Positions 39,476 to 47,608 of a stretch of 64,000 bases of DNA are shown in pieces. The position numbers were made by a program, and so were the translations under genes. Below the pieces are notes generated by a model. The model saw only the letters and a program-made list of their open reading frames with translations. It was not told where the DNA came from and searched no databases. The stretch comes from Candidatus Omnitrophota bacterium (GTDB taxonomy: Bacteria > Omnitrophota > Gorgyraeia > Zapsychrales > Zapsychraceae): contig JAGQKV010000002.1 of the NCBI GenBank assembly GCA_020429915.1, positions 61 through 64,060 of the forward strand, written 5' to 3'. Every line of letters starts with the position of its first letter. Position 1 is the stretch's first letter.

Positions 39476-39720
39476 GTGCTCATTCCCCCTTCCGCAGTTG
39501 GTGTGCGGCAAGTCAAAGGCATAGACGGTATCATTAAGCGGTCCCGGACAGTAATCCGGACCGGAAAAAGAACAAAAAAAATCCCGCTTGGAAATAGACG
39601 GAATCACTAAAGTTGCTCAAATTGTGAGACGAGATTGGGGAATATGGATAGTGGGTGTTGCGTATATATAAGAATATATTAGTGTCACTAGTTTGTCAAA
39701 TATTTATACGGGATTCAACC

Positions 39721-39738
39721 CGGACACACTAGGACACC
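39721..39738 (+). promoter_or_regulatory. Conserved upstream motif CGGACACACTAGGACACC, 42 nt before a TATAAT -10 box of the nuclease gene
   Basis: The 12-mer CACACTAGGACA is shared with the recN upstream region at 47500..47511, at the same spacing (42 vs 44 nt) from a TATAAT box. It contains the direct repeat GGACAC-N4-GGACAC. Confidence 0.4.
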
Positions 39739-39782
39739 TTTTTTTCGCCTTTTTCCTTAACCCGAGGCGGAAATTCCCTATA

Positions 39783-40859
39783 ATGAGGGCTATGACCACT
39801 GTGACCGCCGAATCCCGCTATCAGCAACTGATCACCCGTATCGAGAAGATATATCTGGATGCCCGCCAGGAGTCCAAAAAACGGGTCAATCAGGTGATTC
39901 TGGACGCCTACCGCCGGATCGGACGGCAGATTGTGGAGGTCGAACAGGGCCGCCAGCTGCGCGCTGCCTATGGGGAGCGCCTCCTCGACTCCCTGTCGGA
40001 GGACCTGACCGAGCGTTTCGGCCCCGGTTTTTCGGTAAGTAATCTGCGGTATATGCGCCAGTTTTATCTGGCCTACCGTGATCAGGAAACCAAGGCCGAA
40101 CTGCCCTGGACGCATTACCGCAGCCTGCTGAGCATCAAAGACCCCGATCTGAGGGACTATTATGCCCGCCAGGCCACGACTCATGAGTGGAGCGCCCGCG
40201 AGCTGGATCGCTATCTTAAGATCGACAAAGTGGATCGTGAACGTCTTTCAGGTTCCAAAAACAAACGGGTCACTCCCATAGCGGCACCGGAAGCACGGTT
40301 GACAGTCACGCGCGGCGGACTGTATACTTTCGCCGTGATCAATGCCCCGATGGGCGGGATCCTGCGGACCCCCCTGCTGATCGATTGCGGTTTCCGGATT
40401 TATCGCGAAATGACCTACCGCAAGATCGGTCCGTTGAAAAACGGTGATGTGGTGGTGTCAAAGAAAAGCGCCGCCGGTTTCAGTATCCGGCGTTGTGAGG
40501 ATCAGAGTGCACCGCGCTTTTTCTACAAGGCGGTCATCGAAAGGATCATCGACGGGGATACATTGTTGTGTGTGATCGACACCGGCTTCGACAATTGGAC
40601 CCGCCAACGGTTGCGGCTGCGTGACATCAGCATTCCGGAGTTGAACACCGGTCGCGGCCGCAAGGCCAAATCGTTTGTGCAGGAGGCTTTGCGTGAATGT
40701 CCGTGTGTGGTGGTGAACACGCACCCGGTTGAAAAAAACGGCGGCTACCTCGCCGACCTCTACTATCTCCCCGGTTCCGGCGACGGGCGCGCCATAGCCG
40801 TGTCCGGCCGTTTTCTCAATCAGGACCTCATCGATCAGGGCCTGGCATCACTGGCCTGA
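39783..40859 (+). CDS. DUF1016 (YhcG-like) N-terminal domain fused to a thermonuclease (SNase)-like domain
   Basis: The N-terminal half (...GFSVSNLRYMRQFYLAYRD...LPWTHYRSLLSIKDPDLRDYYARQATTHEWSARELDRYL) matches the DUF1016_N pattern (GFS..NL..MR.FY..Y ... LSW.H...LL ... WS.R.L). The C-terminal half (DGDTLLCVIDTGFDNWTRQRLRLRDISIPE...GYLADLY) matches SNase (DGDT...VRL.GID.PE...). Start is ATG 39783 or 39792; the track's 39693 start is rejected. Confidence 0.6.
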   Translation: MRAMTTVTAESRYQQLITRIEKIYLDARQESKKRVNQVILDAYRRIGRQIVEVEQGRQLRAAYGERLLDSLSEDLTERFGPGFSVSNLRYMRQFYLAYRDQETKAELPWTHYRSLLSIKDPDLRDYYARQATTHEWSARELDRYLKIDKVDRERLSGSKNKRVTPIAAPEARLTVTRGGLYTFAVINAPMGGILRTPLLIDCGFRIYREMTYRKIGPLKNGDVVVSKKSAAGFSIRRCEDQSAPRFFYKAVIERIIDGDTLLCVIDTGFDNWTRQRLRLRDISIPELNTGRGRKAKSFVQEALRECPCVVVNTHPVEKNGGYLADLYYLPGSGDGRAIAVSGRFLNQDLIDQGLASLA

Positions 40860-40885
40860 ATCTTCCGGATCCCACTTTTCTATTG

Positions 40886-41890
40886 CTATTCGCTCTTGGA
40901 TTTGCGCGTCATGAGTTCGGCGACAGCGTCGGCGGGCTTTTTGCCTTTGTAGAGGATATTATAGACTTCCTCCGAAATGGGCATTTCCACTTCATATTGG
41001 CGGGAGAGTTTGTACACGCTCTTGGCGGTCTCGACGCCTTCGGCGACCATGTCCATGGATTTGAGGATCTTTTCGATAGGCTTACCTTCACCCAGCAGTT
41101 CTCCGACGGTGCGGTTGCGGCTGGCCGGGCTGACGCACGTGGTGACCAGGTCCCCCAGGCCGGTCAGGCCCGAGAATGTCTTGGCGCGCGCGCCCATGGC
41201 CTTGCCGAGTCGTGAGATCTCGGCGAGCCCCCGGGTCAGGATCGCGGCCTTGGTATTGGAACCGTAACCCAGACCGTCGCACAGGCCGCAGGCCACCGCG
41301 ATCACGTTCTTGAGGCTCCCTCCCAGCTCCACGCCGATTACGTCGCTGTTGGTGTAGACACGAAACCATTCCGAATGAAAGATGGCCTGCAGGTGCTTGG
41401 CTGTTGACATGTGTTTGCAAGCCACCACCGCGGATGAGGGGATTTTACGGGCGACCTCCGAGGCGATAGTCGGTCCGGACAGCACCGCGATGTTATTGCG
41501 CTGCAGCTCACGTTCGATTAATTGCGACATGCGCAGCAGGCTTTCGTGCTCAAAGCCCTTGGTGACGCTGATAATTAATTTTTGCTTGAAGTCGACGCGC
41601 GTTTTTTTGATTTGTTTCAGAACGGAGAGCGCGTACTTGGAAGGCACCGCGAACACCATAATATGGCAATAATCCAGCGTATCGCGCAGGTCTTCGCACG
41701 GTTCGATCAGTTTGGGCAGGCGGACGCCGGGCAGGAACTTCGAATTATAGCGGTTCCTCTTCATCTGCCGGACATACTGCGGGAAAGGACCCCACAACCG
41801 GACGGGATAGTTGTTGAGGGCCAGATGGACGGCCAGGGTCGTCCCCCAGCTGCCGTCCCCGATCACACTGACTGTATTTTTGCTCGTCAC
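40886..41890 (-). CDS. gpsA: Glycerol-3-phosphate dehydrogenase [NAD(P)+]
   Basis: VSVIGDGSWGTTLA N-terminal Rossmann motif; GpsA-length C-terminal domain. Confidence 0.9.
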   Translation of the reverse strand: MTSKNTVSVIGDGSWGTTLAVHLALNNYPVRLWGPFPQYVRQMKRNRYNSKFLPGVRLPKLIEPCEDLRDTLDYCHIMVFAVPSKYALSVLKQIKKTRVDFKQKLIISVTKGFEHESLLRMSQLIERELQRNNIAVLSGPTIASEVARKIPSSAVVACKHMSTAKHLQAIFHSEWFRVYTNSDVIGVELGGSLKNVIAVACGLCDGLGYGSNTKAAILTRGLAEISRLGKAMGARAKTFSGLTGLGDLVTTCVSPASRNRTVGELLGEGKPIEKILKSMDMVAEGVETAKSVYKLSRQYEVEMPISEEVYNILYKGKKPADAVAELMTRKSKSE

Positions 41891-42004
41891 GCCGCTGAAT
41901 CCTCCTGGTTAAGCAATAAAAATTATACACAGGATTGGGCGTTCGCAAAGGGAAATCGGGAAAAATTGGAAGCCGTCTTGAAAAGTTGCCTAATAATTAG
42001 GCAC

Positions 42005-43858
42005 TCATGGGCGGGTCCGGTTTACCCGAAAAAGGGTAAACAATTCGTTCTCGTGCAGTTTGGTGAGGGTTTGATTGCTGCTTTTGGGCGCGGCGAAACG
42101 GGTAAAGACGATGTAATCCGCCCGGTATTTTCCCAGACCATTGACGATCGCCGGTTGCAGCGGCCCGTCGGGAATCACCTTGAAGTGTTTGAGATCGGCG
42201 ACGCGTTGCTGCCACTCCTTCAGGGCGTGATAGTCGAATCCGACGATGCCGCAGTCGCGGTAAGAGACAATAATGCTGCGTTCCGAACCGATGCGAAAGC
42301 CGCCCATCTCCATGTTGTACGGGACCATCAATAAGGCGTCCTTCGGGGTGTTGTCGCGCACGAAATATTGCATCTCTTCCCAGTTGCGTTGCAGCTGCCA
42401 GAATCCGCCGCCGGTGGTCGTGACCTTAACGAAGTTGTAATGCAGGATGCCGAAATATATCGCCGCCGCTGCCAGCGGCACTCCCGCCCACGCCCCGCGT
42501 ATCGCCGGTGATCCGGTCACGGCCGGACGAATCAAAGTCATCAGATAGGCACCGGTCAACAGGCCGGCGGCGCTGGCGATGATACGGAATTTTGTTCCCT
42601 CCAGTCCGAATCCCCTGTCGAGGACCAGAAACAGTACGGCCGCCGCCGTCAGCGGCATCAGTCCAAAGACCCAGCGCCGGGCGCCTGTGCGGTCCGCCGG
42701 AGCGGTCCTGCCGGTCATGATCAAGGCCGCCGCCAGGCCCGTCAGGACGGCGGCGCCGACCATATCCCGGTAACTCAGAAAGAACAGCGCCAACGCCGCG
42801 AGGTATGCCCGGTCGGGACGATCCGACGCGGCCTCCCGGCAGATCCACCAGGTGGTATAGCCCATCAGGACGAAATTGATGTATTGCAGATTGCGGATCA
42901 GGTTGAGGTCGATGACCAGGCGGTTCGGGATCAAATAGGTGAAGACAAACGAGACCAGGATCAGCCCCGTCCCGCACAGGCACACGGCCTGGGACTGGCG
43001 GCTGCGGCGGAAGGGCTCGTTGAAGATGATGTTGAAGAGGTACAGGACCAGCAAAAAGAGGTACGGTCCCAGATGGGTCAAGGCCGATTTCCACCCGGAG
43101 AAGACCTCCGTCAGCGGTGTGGTCTGAAACAGAAAGTTCTGCGGACAGGCCAGCAGGAACAGGTCCATCCAGCCGTCGTATAAACCCGGCGCGGGCGGAT
43201 CCCCTCCGAACTTCTTGGGCAGGACCCAGCACAGAAACGGCAGCGCGCAGGCCGTAAAGGCGGCCCCGGCGGCGAAAATGCGTTTCCACTGCCAGCCCAG
43301 CAGGAGATACGTTCCCAGGTACAGCATCGGCAACAGGGCGTAGAGTGCGTTAAAATTCGCGGCGATACCGAACAAGGCCGCGGCCCACAGGGTGCGCTCG
43401 CGGTACAGACAATACAACCCGGCCACAATAACCGCCAGCGCGAACTCCTGATGGGAAAACGTGCGGTACAGGAATTCCTCGGTGCGACCGATCCAAAACG
43501 ACATCAGGACCGCCGCCACCGCGGTCAGCGTGCTGCCGGAGACAAAGCGCCACAACTTCAGCGAAAACAGGAAAAAGACATACCGGCTGAGGACGTAAAG
43601 TACCAAATAAGCCGCGGGAATCTGTCCGACGCTGAGGACCTTGGCCAGTAACGGATACATATAGGAAGAGAAATTTTGCCGCAGGCTTTCGACGTAGTAG
43701 TCGCCGGCGTACAATTGCGGATCGATCAGGTGTTTGAGCAGCGGGATCTCCAGGGCCTGGTCGTCCCAGCCGTAGATATAGCGGTTGGTGGCCAGGAAGG
43801 CGCCGAGGATGATGAGACTGAGCAGATAGTGATTGGCGAAGAGTTTTCGCAATGGCAT
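42005..43858 (-). CDS. Large polytopic membrane protein, glycan-polymerase / GT-C-like candidate
   Basis: About 12 or more TM helices with a C-terminal soluble domain. Start taken at MPLRKLF (43858) to avoid overlapping the GT2 gene. Adjacent to the GT2 enzyme. Confidence 0.55.
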   Translation of the reverse strand: MPLRKLFANHYLLSLIILGAFLATNRYIYGWDDQALEIPLLKHLIDPQLYAGDYYVESLRQNFSSYMYPLLAKVLSVGQIPAAYLVLYVLSRYVFFLFSLKLWRFVSGSTLTAVAAVLMSFWIGRTEEFLYRTFSHQEFALAVIVAGLYCLYRERTLWAAALFGIAANFNALYALLPMLYLGTYLLLGWQWKRIFAAGAAFTACALPFLCWVLPKKFGGDPPAPGLYDGWMDLFLLACPQNFLFQTTPLTEVFSGWKSALTHLGPYLFLLVLYLFNIIFNEPFRRSRQSQAVCLCGTGLILVSFVFTYLIPNRLVIDLNLIRNLQYINFVLMGYTTWWICREAASDRPDRAYLAALALFFLSYRDMVGAAVLTGLAAALIMTGRTAPADRTGARRWVFGLMPLTAAAVLFLVLDRGFGLEGTKFRIIASAAGLLTGAYLMTLIRPAVTGSPAIRGAWAGVPLAAAAIYFGILHYNFVKVTTTGGGFWQLQRNWEEMQYFVRDNTPKDALLMVPYNMEMGGFRIGSERSIIVSYRDCGIVGFDYHALKEWQQRVADLKHFKVIPDGPLQPAIVNGLGKYRADYIVFTRFAAPKSSNQTLTKLHENELFTLFRVNRTRP

Positions 43859-43866
43859 GGCGGGGA

Positions 43867-44571
43867 TTACTTCCAGACGAAGACTTCGCGGCAATTCTGC
43901 CACATGTAGGCCGCGCCCCATTTGATGACCTGCAATTTGGCGACGCCTCCCTCCCGGGCCGGTTCGTCGCCGGGGATCTCGGCAATCTTCAAATTACGCT
44001 TGGCGGCCCGGATCGACAACAGCGGTTCCCAGCTGACCACGGTGCGAAAGAGTTTCTCTTCGAAGTCGTAGCTGTTGTCTTTGTCCAGGTCAAGTTCCTG
44101 GATGAGGTCCTTGCGGTAGATCCGGTAGATCACCATGGCATCATGATAGCGGTGTCCGTGCAGCAGGCTGATGCTGGTGGAAAAAAGCCAGTTGCCGAAG
44201 GCCGTCACGGGGGTGTCGTCGTAGCTCTTGGCCCCCTGCGCGTAACGCGACACGATGACCATGTCATACCCTTCTTTGTATTTGGCGATGGCCTCGGGAA
44301 TAAGTTCGGGGATGGAATTGCCGTCCGGACTGAAGGTGAGGATAACGTCGCCCTTCATATGCGGCAGGGCCTCCATGTACGCATGGCGCATCCCCATCTT
44401 CTTCTGGATAACCACGTCATACCCCTGCTCTTTCGCGTATTCAACCGTGCCGTCGGTGGACTGCCCGTCGACGACCAGGATCTGATCGACCCATTCGTTT
44501 TTGATCCGCGGCATGATTTCCTGCATGCCCTGGTACTCGTTGAGGGTAGGAACGACTAATGTGACTTTCAT
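43867..44571 (-). CDS. Family 2 glycosyltransferase (polyprenol-phosphate / dolichol-P mannosyltransferase-like)
   Basis: VVPTLNE...VVDGQSTDGT...DxD-type region, typical of small GT2 polyprenyl-phosphate glycosyltransferases. Confidence 0.8.
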   Translation of the reverse strand: MKVTLVVPTLNEYQGMQEIMPRIKNEWVDQILVVDGQSTDGTVEYAKEQGYDVVIQKKMGMRHAYMEALPHMKGDVILTFSPDGNSIPELIPEAIAKYKEGYDMVIVSRYAQGAKSYDDTPVTAFGNWLFSTSISLLHGHRYHDAMVIYRIYRKDLIQELDLDKDNSYDFEEKLFRTVVSWEPLLSIRAAKRNLKIAEIPGDEPAREGGVAKLQVIKWGAAYMWQNCREVFVWK

Positions 44572-44770
44572 AATATGACACCATTATACAGATTGGGGGT
44601 GAAAGTGAAAGGCTTAATTTAGCGTTAAGCGGTGAGCGGCTAGAGACCAGAAAGTGGGTGGGGATTAGAAATGAGTTCGAGAAGCGGTTGTTTCCGGATA
44701 ATATCCTCCGACGCGTCTCACTATCGACTCTCCGCTGATCTCTGTCTTCACTCTAGCCGCCAAACGCTGT

Positions 44771-44813
44771 CCGCTGAAAATACGAAGGGGGCTCCGGTTT
44801 ATCCGGAGCCCCC
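44771..44813 (-). terminator. Rho-independent terminator after tRNA-Gly
   Basis: GGGGGCTCCGG-ttta-TCCGGAGCCCCC perfect 11-bp stem followed on the minus strand by TTCGTATTTTCAG. Confidence 0.75.
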
Positions 44814-44824
44814 TTGCGCAAGAG

Positions 44825-44895
44825 AGCGGGCGATGAGAATCGAACTCACGTATCAAGCTTGGAAGGCTTGTGTTCTGCCACTGAACTACGCCCGC
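44825..44895 (-). tRNA. tRNA-Gly (anticodon TCC)
   Basis: Minus strand reads GCGGGCGTAGTTCAGTGGCAGAACACAAGCCTTCCAAGCTTGATACGTGAGTTCGATTCTCATCGCCCGCT. Anticodon stem CAAGC/GCTTG with loop CTTCCAA. Confidence 0.85.
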
Positions 44896-45023
44896 AAAGG
44901 CAGTCTGTAGGGGTTAGCGATTAGCGGTTAGAAAGTGAATAGTTCATAGGGATTAGTCAAATACCATCCGCTAACCGCTATGCCCTTCTAACCGCTAGAC
45001 GCTAACCGCTAAACACTGATTTA

Positions 45024-45105
45024 TGGGCAGTGGAGGATTCGAACCCCCGAAGGGAAACCCAACAGATTTACAGTCTGTCCTCGTTGACCGCTTGAGTAAC
45101 TGCCC
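45024..45105 (-). tRNA. tRNA-Tyr (anticodon GTA), long variable arm
   Basis: Minus strand reads GGGCAGTTACTCAAGCGGTCAACGAGGACAGACTGTAAATCTGTTGGGTTTCCCTTCGGGGGTTCGAATCCTCCACTGCCCA. Anticodon loop CTGTAAA. Confidence 0.85.
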
Positions 45106-45393
45106 AGTGATCTCGTGCATATTATGTGGAAATGGCACCAAAGGTGTATGCGTCTATTCGTGTAAGTGTGTATGCGTTTTCAGGTAGCGTAAAACATGTA
45201 GGTCGGAGTCAATCATTTTTGAGATAGGGCAACCTGCAATCCAGTTCCAATATGCAATGATCTGATCGGTGTATGAATGTAGGGGCTTGTGCGAAGATTC
45301 ATACCTTGCCTACGCACGGCATGAGGACGCATATACCCATACATTCATACACAGAAATGATGGCAAGCCAATAAAACAATCTTGCCGCAAGAA

Positions 45394-45466
45394 AGCTGGC
45401 GAGAGGCCTCGAACCCCCGACCTGCTGATTACAAGTCAGCTGCTCTACCAACTGAGCTACGCCAGC
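45394..45466 (-). tRNA. tRNA-Thr (anticodon TGT)
   Basis: Minus strand reads GCTGGCGTAGCTCAGTTGGTAGAGCAGCTGACTTGTAATCAGCAGGTCGGGGGTTCGAGGCCTCTCGCCAGCT. Anticodon loop CTTGTAA. Confidence 0.85.
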
Positions 45467-45722
45467 GAAAACTTCAAAAATTTATATCCAGAAAGTGTTC
45501 GCTGTGCCCGGCGTAGCCCAACGCGATAGCCATTGGGCGAAGACGGGCCAGCCGTGCTTTCTGGAAAAAGTCATAAGTCAAAGAAAACCCGCCCGGACGC
45601 ATTGTCCGCGGCGGTGGGTTATCACGAGAATAACACATATTTCGTGTGAAACGAGCATTATTTATAGCAGAATATCCCGGCAGTGTAAAGACAGTTTTTG
45701 GCGAATTGGGACGCCGCAGCGG

Positions 45723-46913
45723 TTACTGGTCTTTATCCTCTTCCGTTTGGTAGATCAGATTGCCTTTTTTGTCGTAGACCTCACTGAAGCTGAGCTCTCC
45801 CATGTCGTAAATGCTCTTTTTGTAGAGTTTTCCGTTGGGAAAGTATTCTTCGACTTCCATGGTTTTATCGTCTTCGCTGCGGGTGATGATCTGCTTCAGG
45901 GTCCCGTCATCGTACCAGGCGCGGGTTGTGCCGACCATCTTGTTGTTTTCCCAATAAGCCTCGGTGAGGATTTGCCCGGCCTGGTTGAAGGTCTTGGTCA
46001 CCCCGTGCAATTCACCTCCACGGTAGGTCCCGGTCCCTTTCACGGAACCGTCCCGGTGGTAGGTGATGACTTCCCCCAGCCGTTTGCCGCCGGCATAGTT
46101 TTCCTTGGTCATGAGCTGGCCGTTGGGATAGAAATCTTTGGCCTGTCCTTCCAGGATGCCGTTTTCGTAATTCTTGACGGATTTCCACTCCCCGTTCTTG
46201 TAATACTCCCGGTTTTGTCCGTGGAGTTTACCTTCCTTATAGTGCTTGAGGCTGGAAAGTTGTCCGTCCCGGTAGTATTCGCGGTGCGGCCCGTCCGGTA
46301 ATCCGTTCTTGTAGGCCTTGATGCTCATCTGCGTGCCGTCGGAAAAGAAGCTCTTGACGATCCCCTCCGGCTTGCCTTCGATATAGGTTTCCTCACGCAA
46401 CAAGGATTTGTTGTCGTAATAGTGTTTGAAATCCCCTGTCCGTTTGTCCGCGGCAAACTGTCCGGTCGAGTGGATCTCCCCGTTGGGATGATAAGAGAGG
46501 TACGGGCCTTCCATCAGTCCTTCCTTGACGTGGAGGACCTCCTTCGGCGTGCCGTCTTCGTAGTATTCCCGGATTTCCCCGTCCAGTTTGTCGTTCTTGT
46601 TGTTCCCTTCGAGATGAAGCTGGCCGTTTTCATAGTACTTCTTGAAGGGGCCCTGTTTAAGTCCATCCACATACTGGTAAATGCGTTGCAGCCGGCCGTC
46701 TTCAAAATACACGGTGGACAGACCGTGCAGCTTGCCGTTGCGGTAGTTTTCCTCAAGTTTTATATTGCCGTTGGGAAAGTGTTCGAGATAAGGCCCGTTC
46801 TGGGGCGGTCCGGACTCACAGCCGCATAACAGCGTGCCGATTAGCAGGAGGACACTCAGGCGGGTCAGTTTGCCGATAGTTAGTTGGGGTGTCATCAGCT
46901 CTGGAATTCCCAT
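45723..46913 (-). CDS. MORN-variant repeat (YwqK-family) lipoprotein
   Basis: Signal peptide with lipobox LLCGC, followed by at least 12 tandem repeats of the YxxNGxxxxEGxxxNGxxxG type. Confidence 0.75.
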   Translation of the reverse strand: MGIPELMTPQLTIGKLTRLSVLLLIGTLLCGCESGPPQNGPYLEHFPNGNIKLEENYRNGKLHGLSTVYFEDGRLQRIYQYVDGLKQGPFKKYYENGQLHLEGNNKNDKLDGEIREYYEDGTPKEVLHVKEGLMEGPYLSYHPNGEIHSTGQFAADKRTGDFKHYYDNKSLLREETYIEGKPEGIVKSFFSDGTQMSIKAYKNGLPDGPHREYYRDGQLSSLKHYKEGKLHGQNREYYKNGEWKSVKNYENGILEGQAKDFYPNGQLMTKENYAGGKRLGEVITYHRDGSVKGTGTYRGGELHGVTKTFNQAGQILTEAYWENNKMVGTTRAWYDDGTLKQIITRSEDDKTMEVEEYFPNGKLYKKSIYDMGELSFSEVYDKKGNLIYQTEEDKDQ

Positions 46914-47347
46914 TTCAGTTTTCCATCATCCTTGTCGATCGTTACCCGGACACGCGGTTTGACGCGGGCTTCACGGAAGGTCTTGGTCACCGGGTAAAAT
47001 TCCACCGTCCACTTGCCGGGATCCAGGTCGTGCAACCGTGGGCGGGTGAAATAATAGTCATTTTCATAGCCCCGGAAGATCACCTCGGATTGCGCGATGA
47101 CCTTGGCCTCATCTTCGTCCACCCCGTCTCCTTTGGACACGGCAAACTGATAGGCATGCATGACTTTGAATTTGGCTGATTTAACATCGACCTTCGGATA
47201 CCCGGCCGGCGCGCTGTCCTGACTCTCCAGCGTTGGCGTGGAGGAATCGAGCAAGGGGCTGCCGTTAGGGGCCAGTGACGATGAAAATGTACAGCCGGAG
47301 ATTATACACAAGGTGCAGAAAACCAGGGAGCAGATTCGTGTGTGCAT
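46895..47347 (-). CDS. Hypothetical lipoprotein
   Basis: Start at MHTRICSLVFCTLCIISGC (lipobox ISGC). About 150 aa soluble domain. Confidence 0.5.
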   Translation of the reverse strand: MHTRICSLVFCTLCIISGCTFSSSLAPNGSPLLDSSTPTLESQDSAPAGYPKVDVKSAKFKVMHAYQFAVSKGDGVDEDEAKVIAQSEVIFRGYENDYYFTRPRLHDLDPGKWTVEFYPVTKTFREARVKPRVRVTIDKDDGKLKWEFQS

Positions 47348-47496
47348 GATCAACGTTTCCTTTCGTCGCAAAAAAATGCAAGAGCGCAATCGAGTCCGTT
47401 CAGGCTAACAATACAGCTGACAGCCCTTTAGAGGTCATGGGCTGTAAAGGTCTCTAGTGTAAAATATTAAATAATTACTGTCAATAAGACAAACCG

Positions 47497-47512
47497 GAGC
47501 ACACTAGGACAG
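47497..47512 (+). promoter_or_regulatory. Conserved upstream motif GGAGCACACTAGGACAG, 44 nt before a TATAAT box upstream of recN
   Basis: Shares CACACTAGGACA followed by CCTTTTT(T)GCC with 39725..39747. TATAAT at 47556..47561. Confidence 0.4.
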
Positions 47513-47608
47513 CCTTTTTGCCGTAAAATCCGCTATTTTTCCGCCGGATTTCCGCTATAATACCAGCAAATACCCCGTAAACCGTGGTATTCCCCTCCAA
47601 CCCTGTTC

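Noticed and set aside
24222-39610. Numerous + strand ORFs of 60-770 aa inside the giant gene (e.g. 34796..37117, 28706..29674, 31460..32392)
   Set aside because: Antisense shadow ORFs are expected in ~60% GC DNA. Translations are Arg/Ala/Gly-rich low-complexity without motifs, and all lie fully inside a strongly supported 15-kb ORF.
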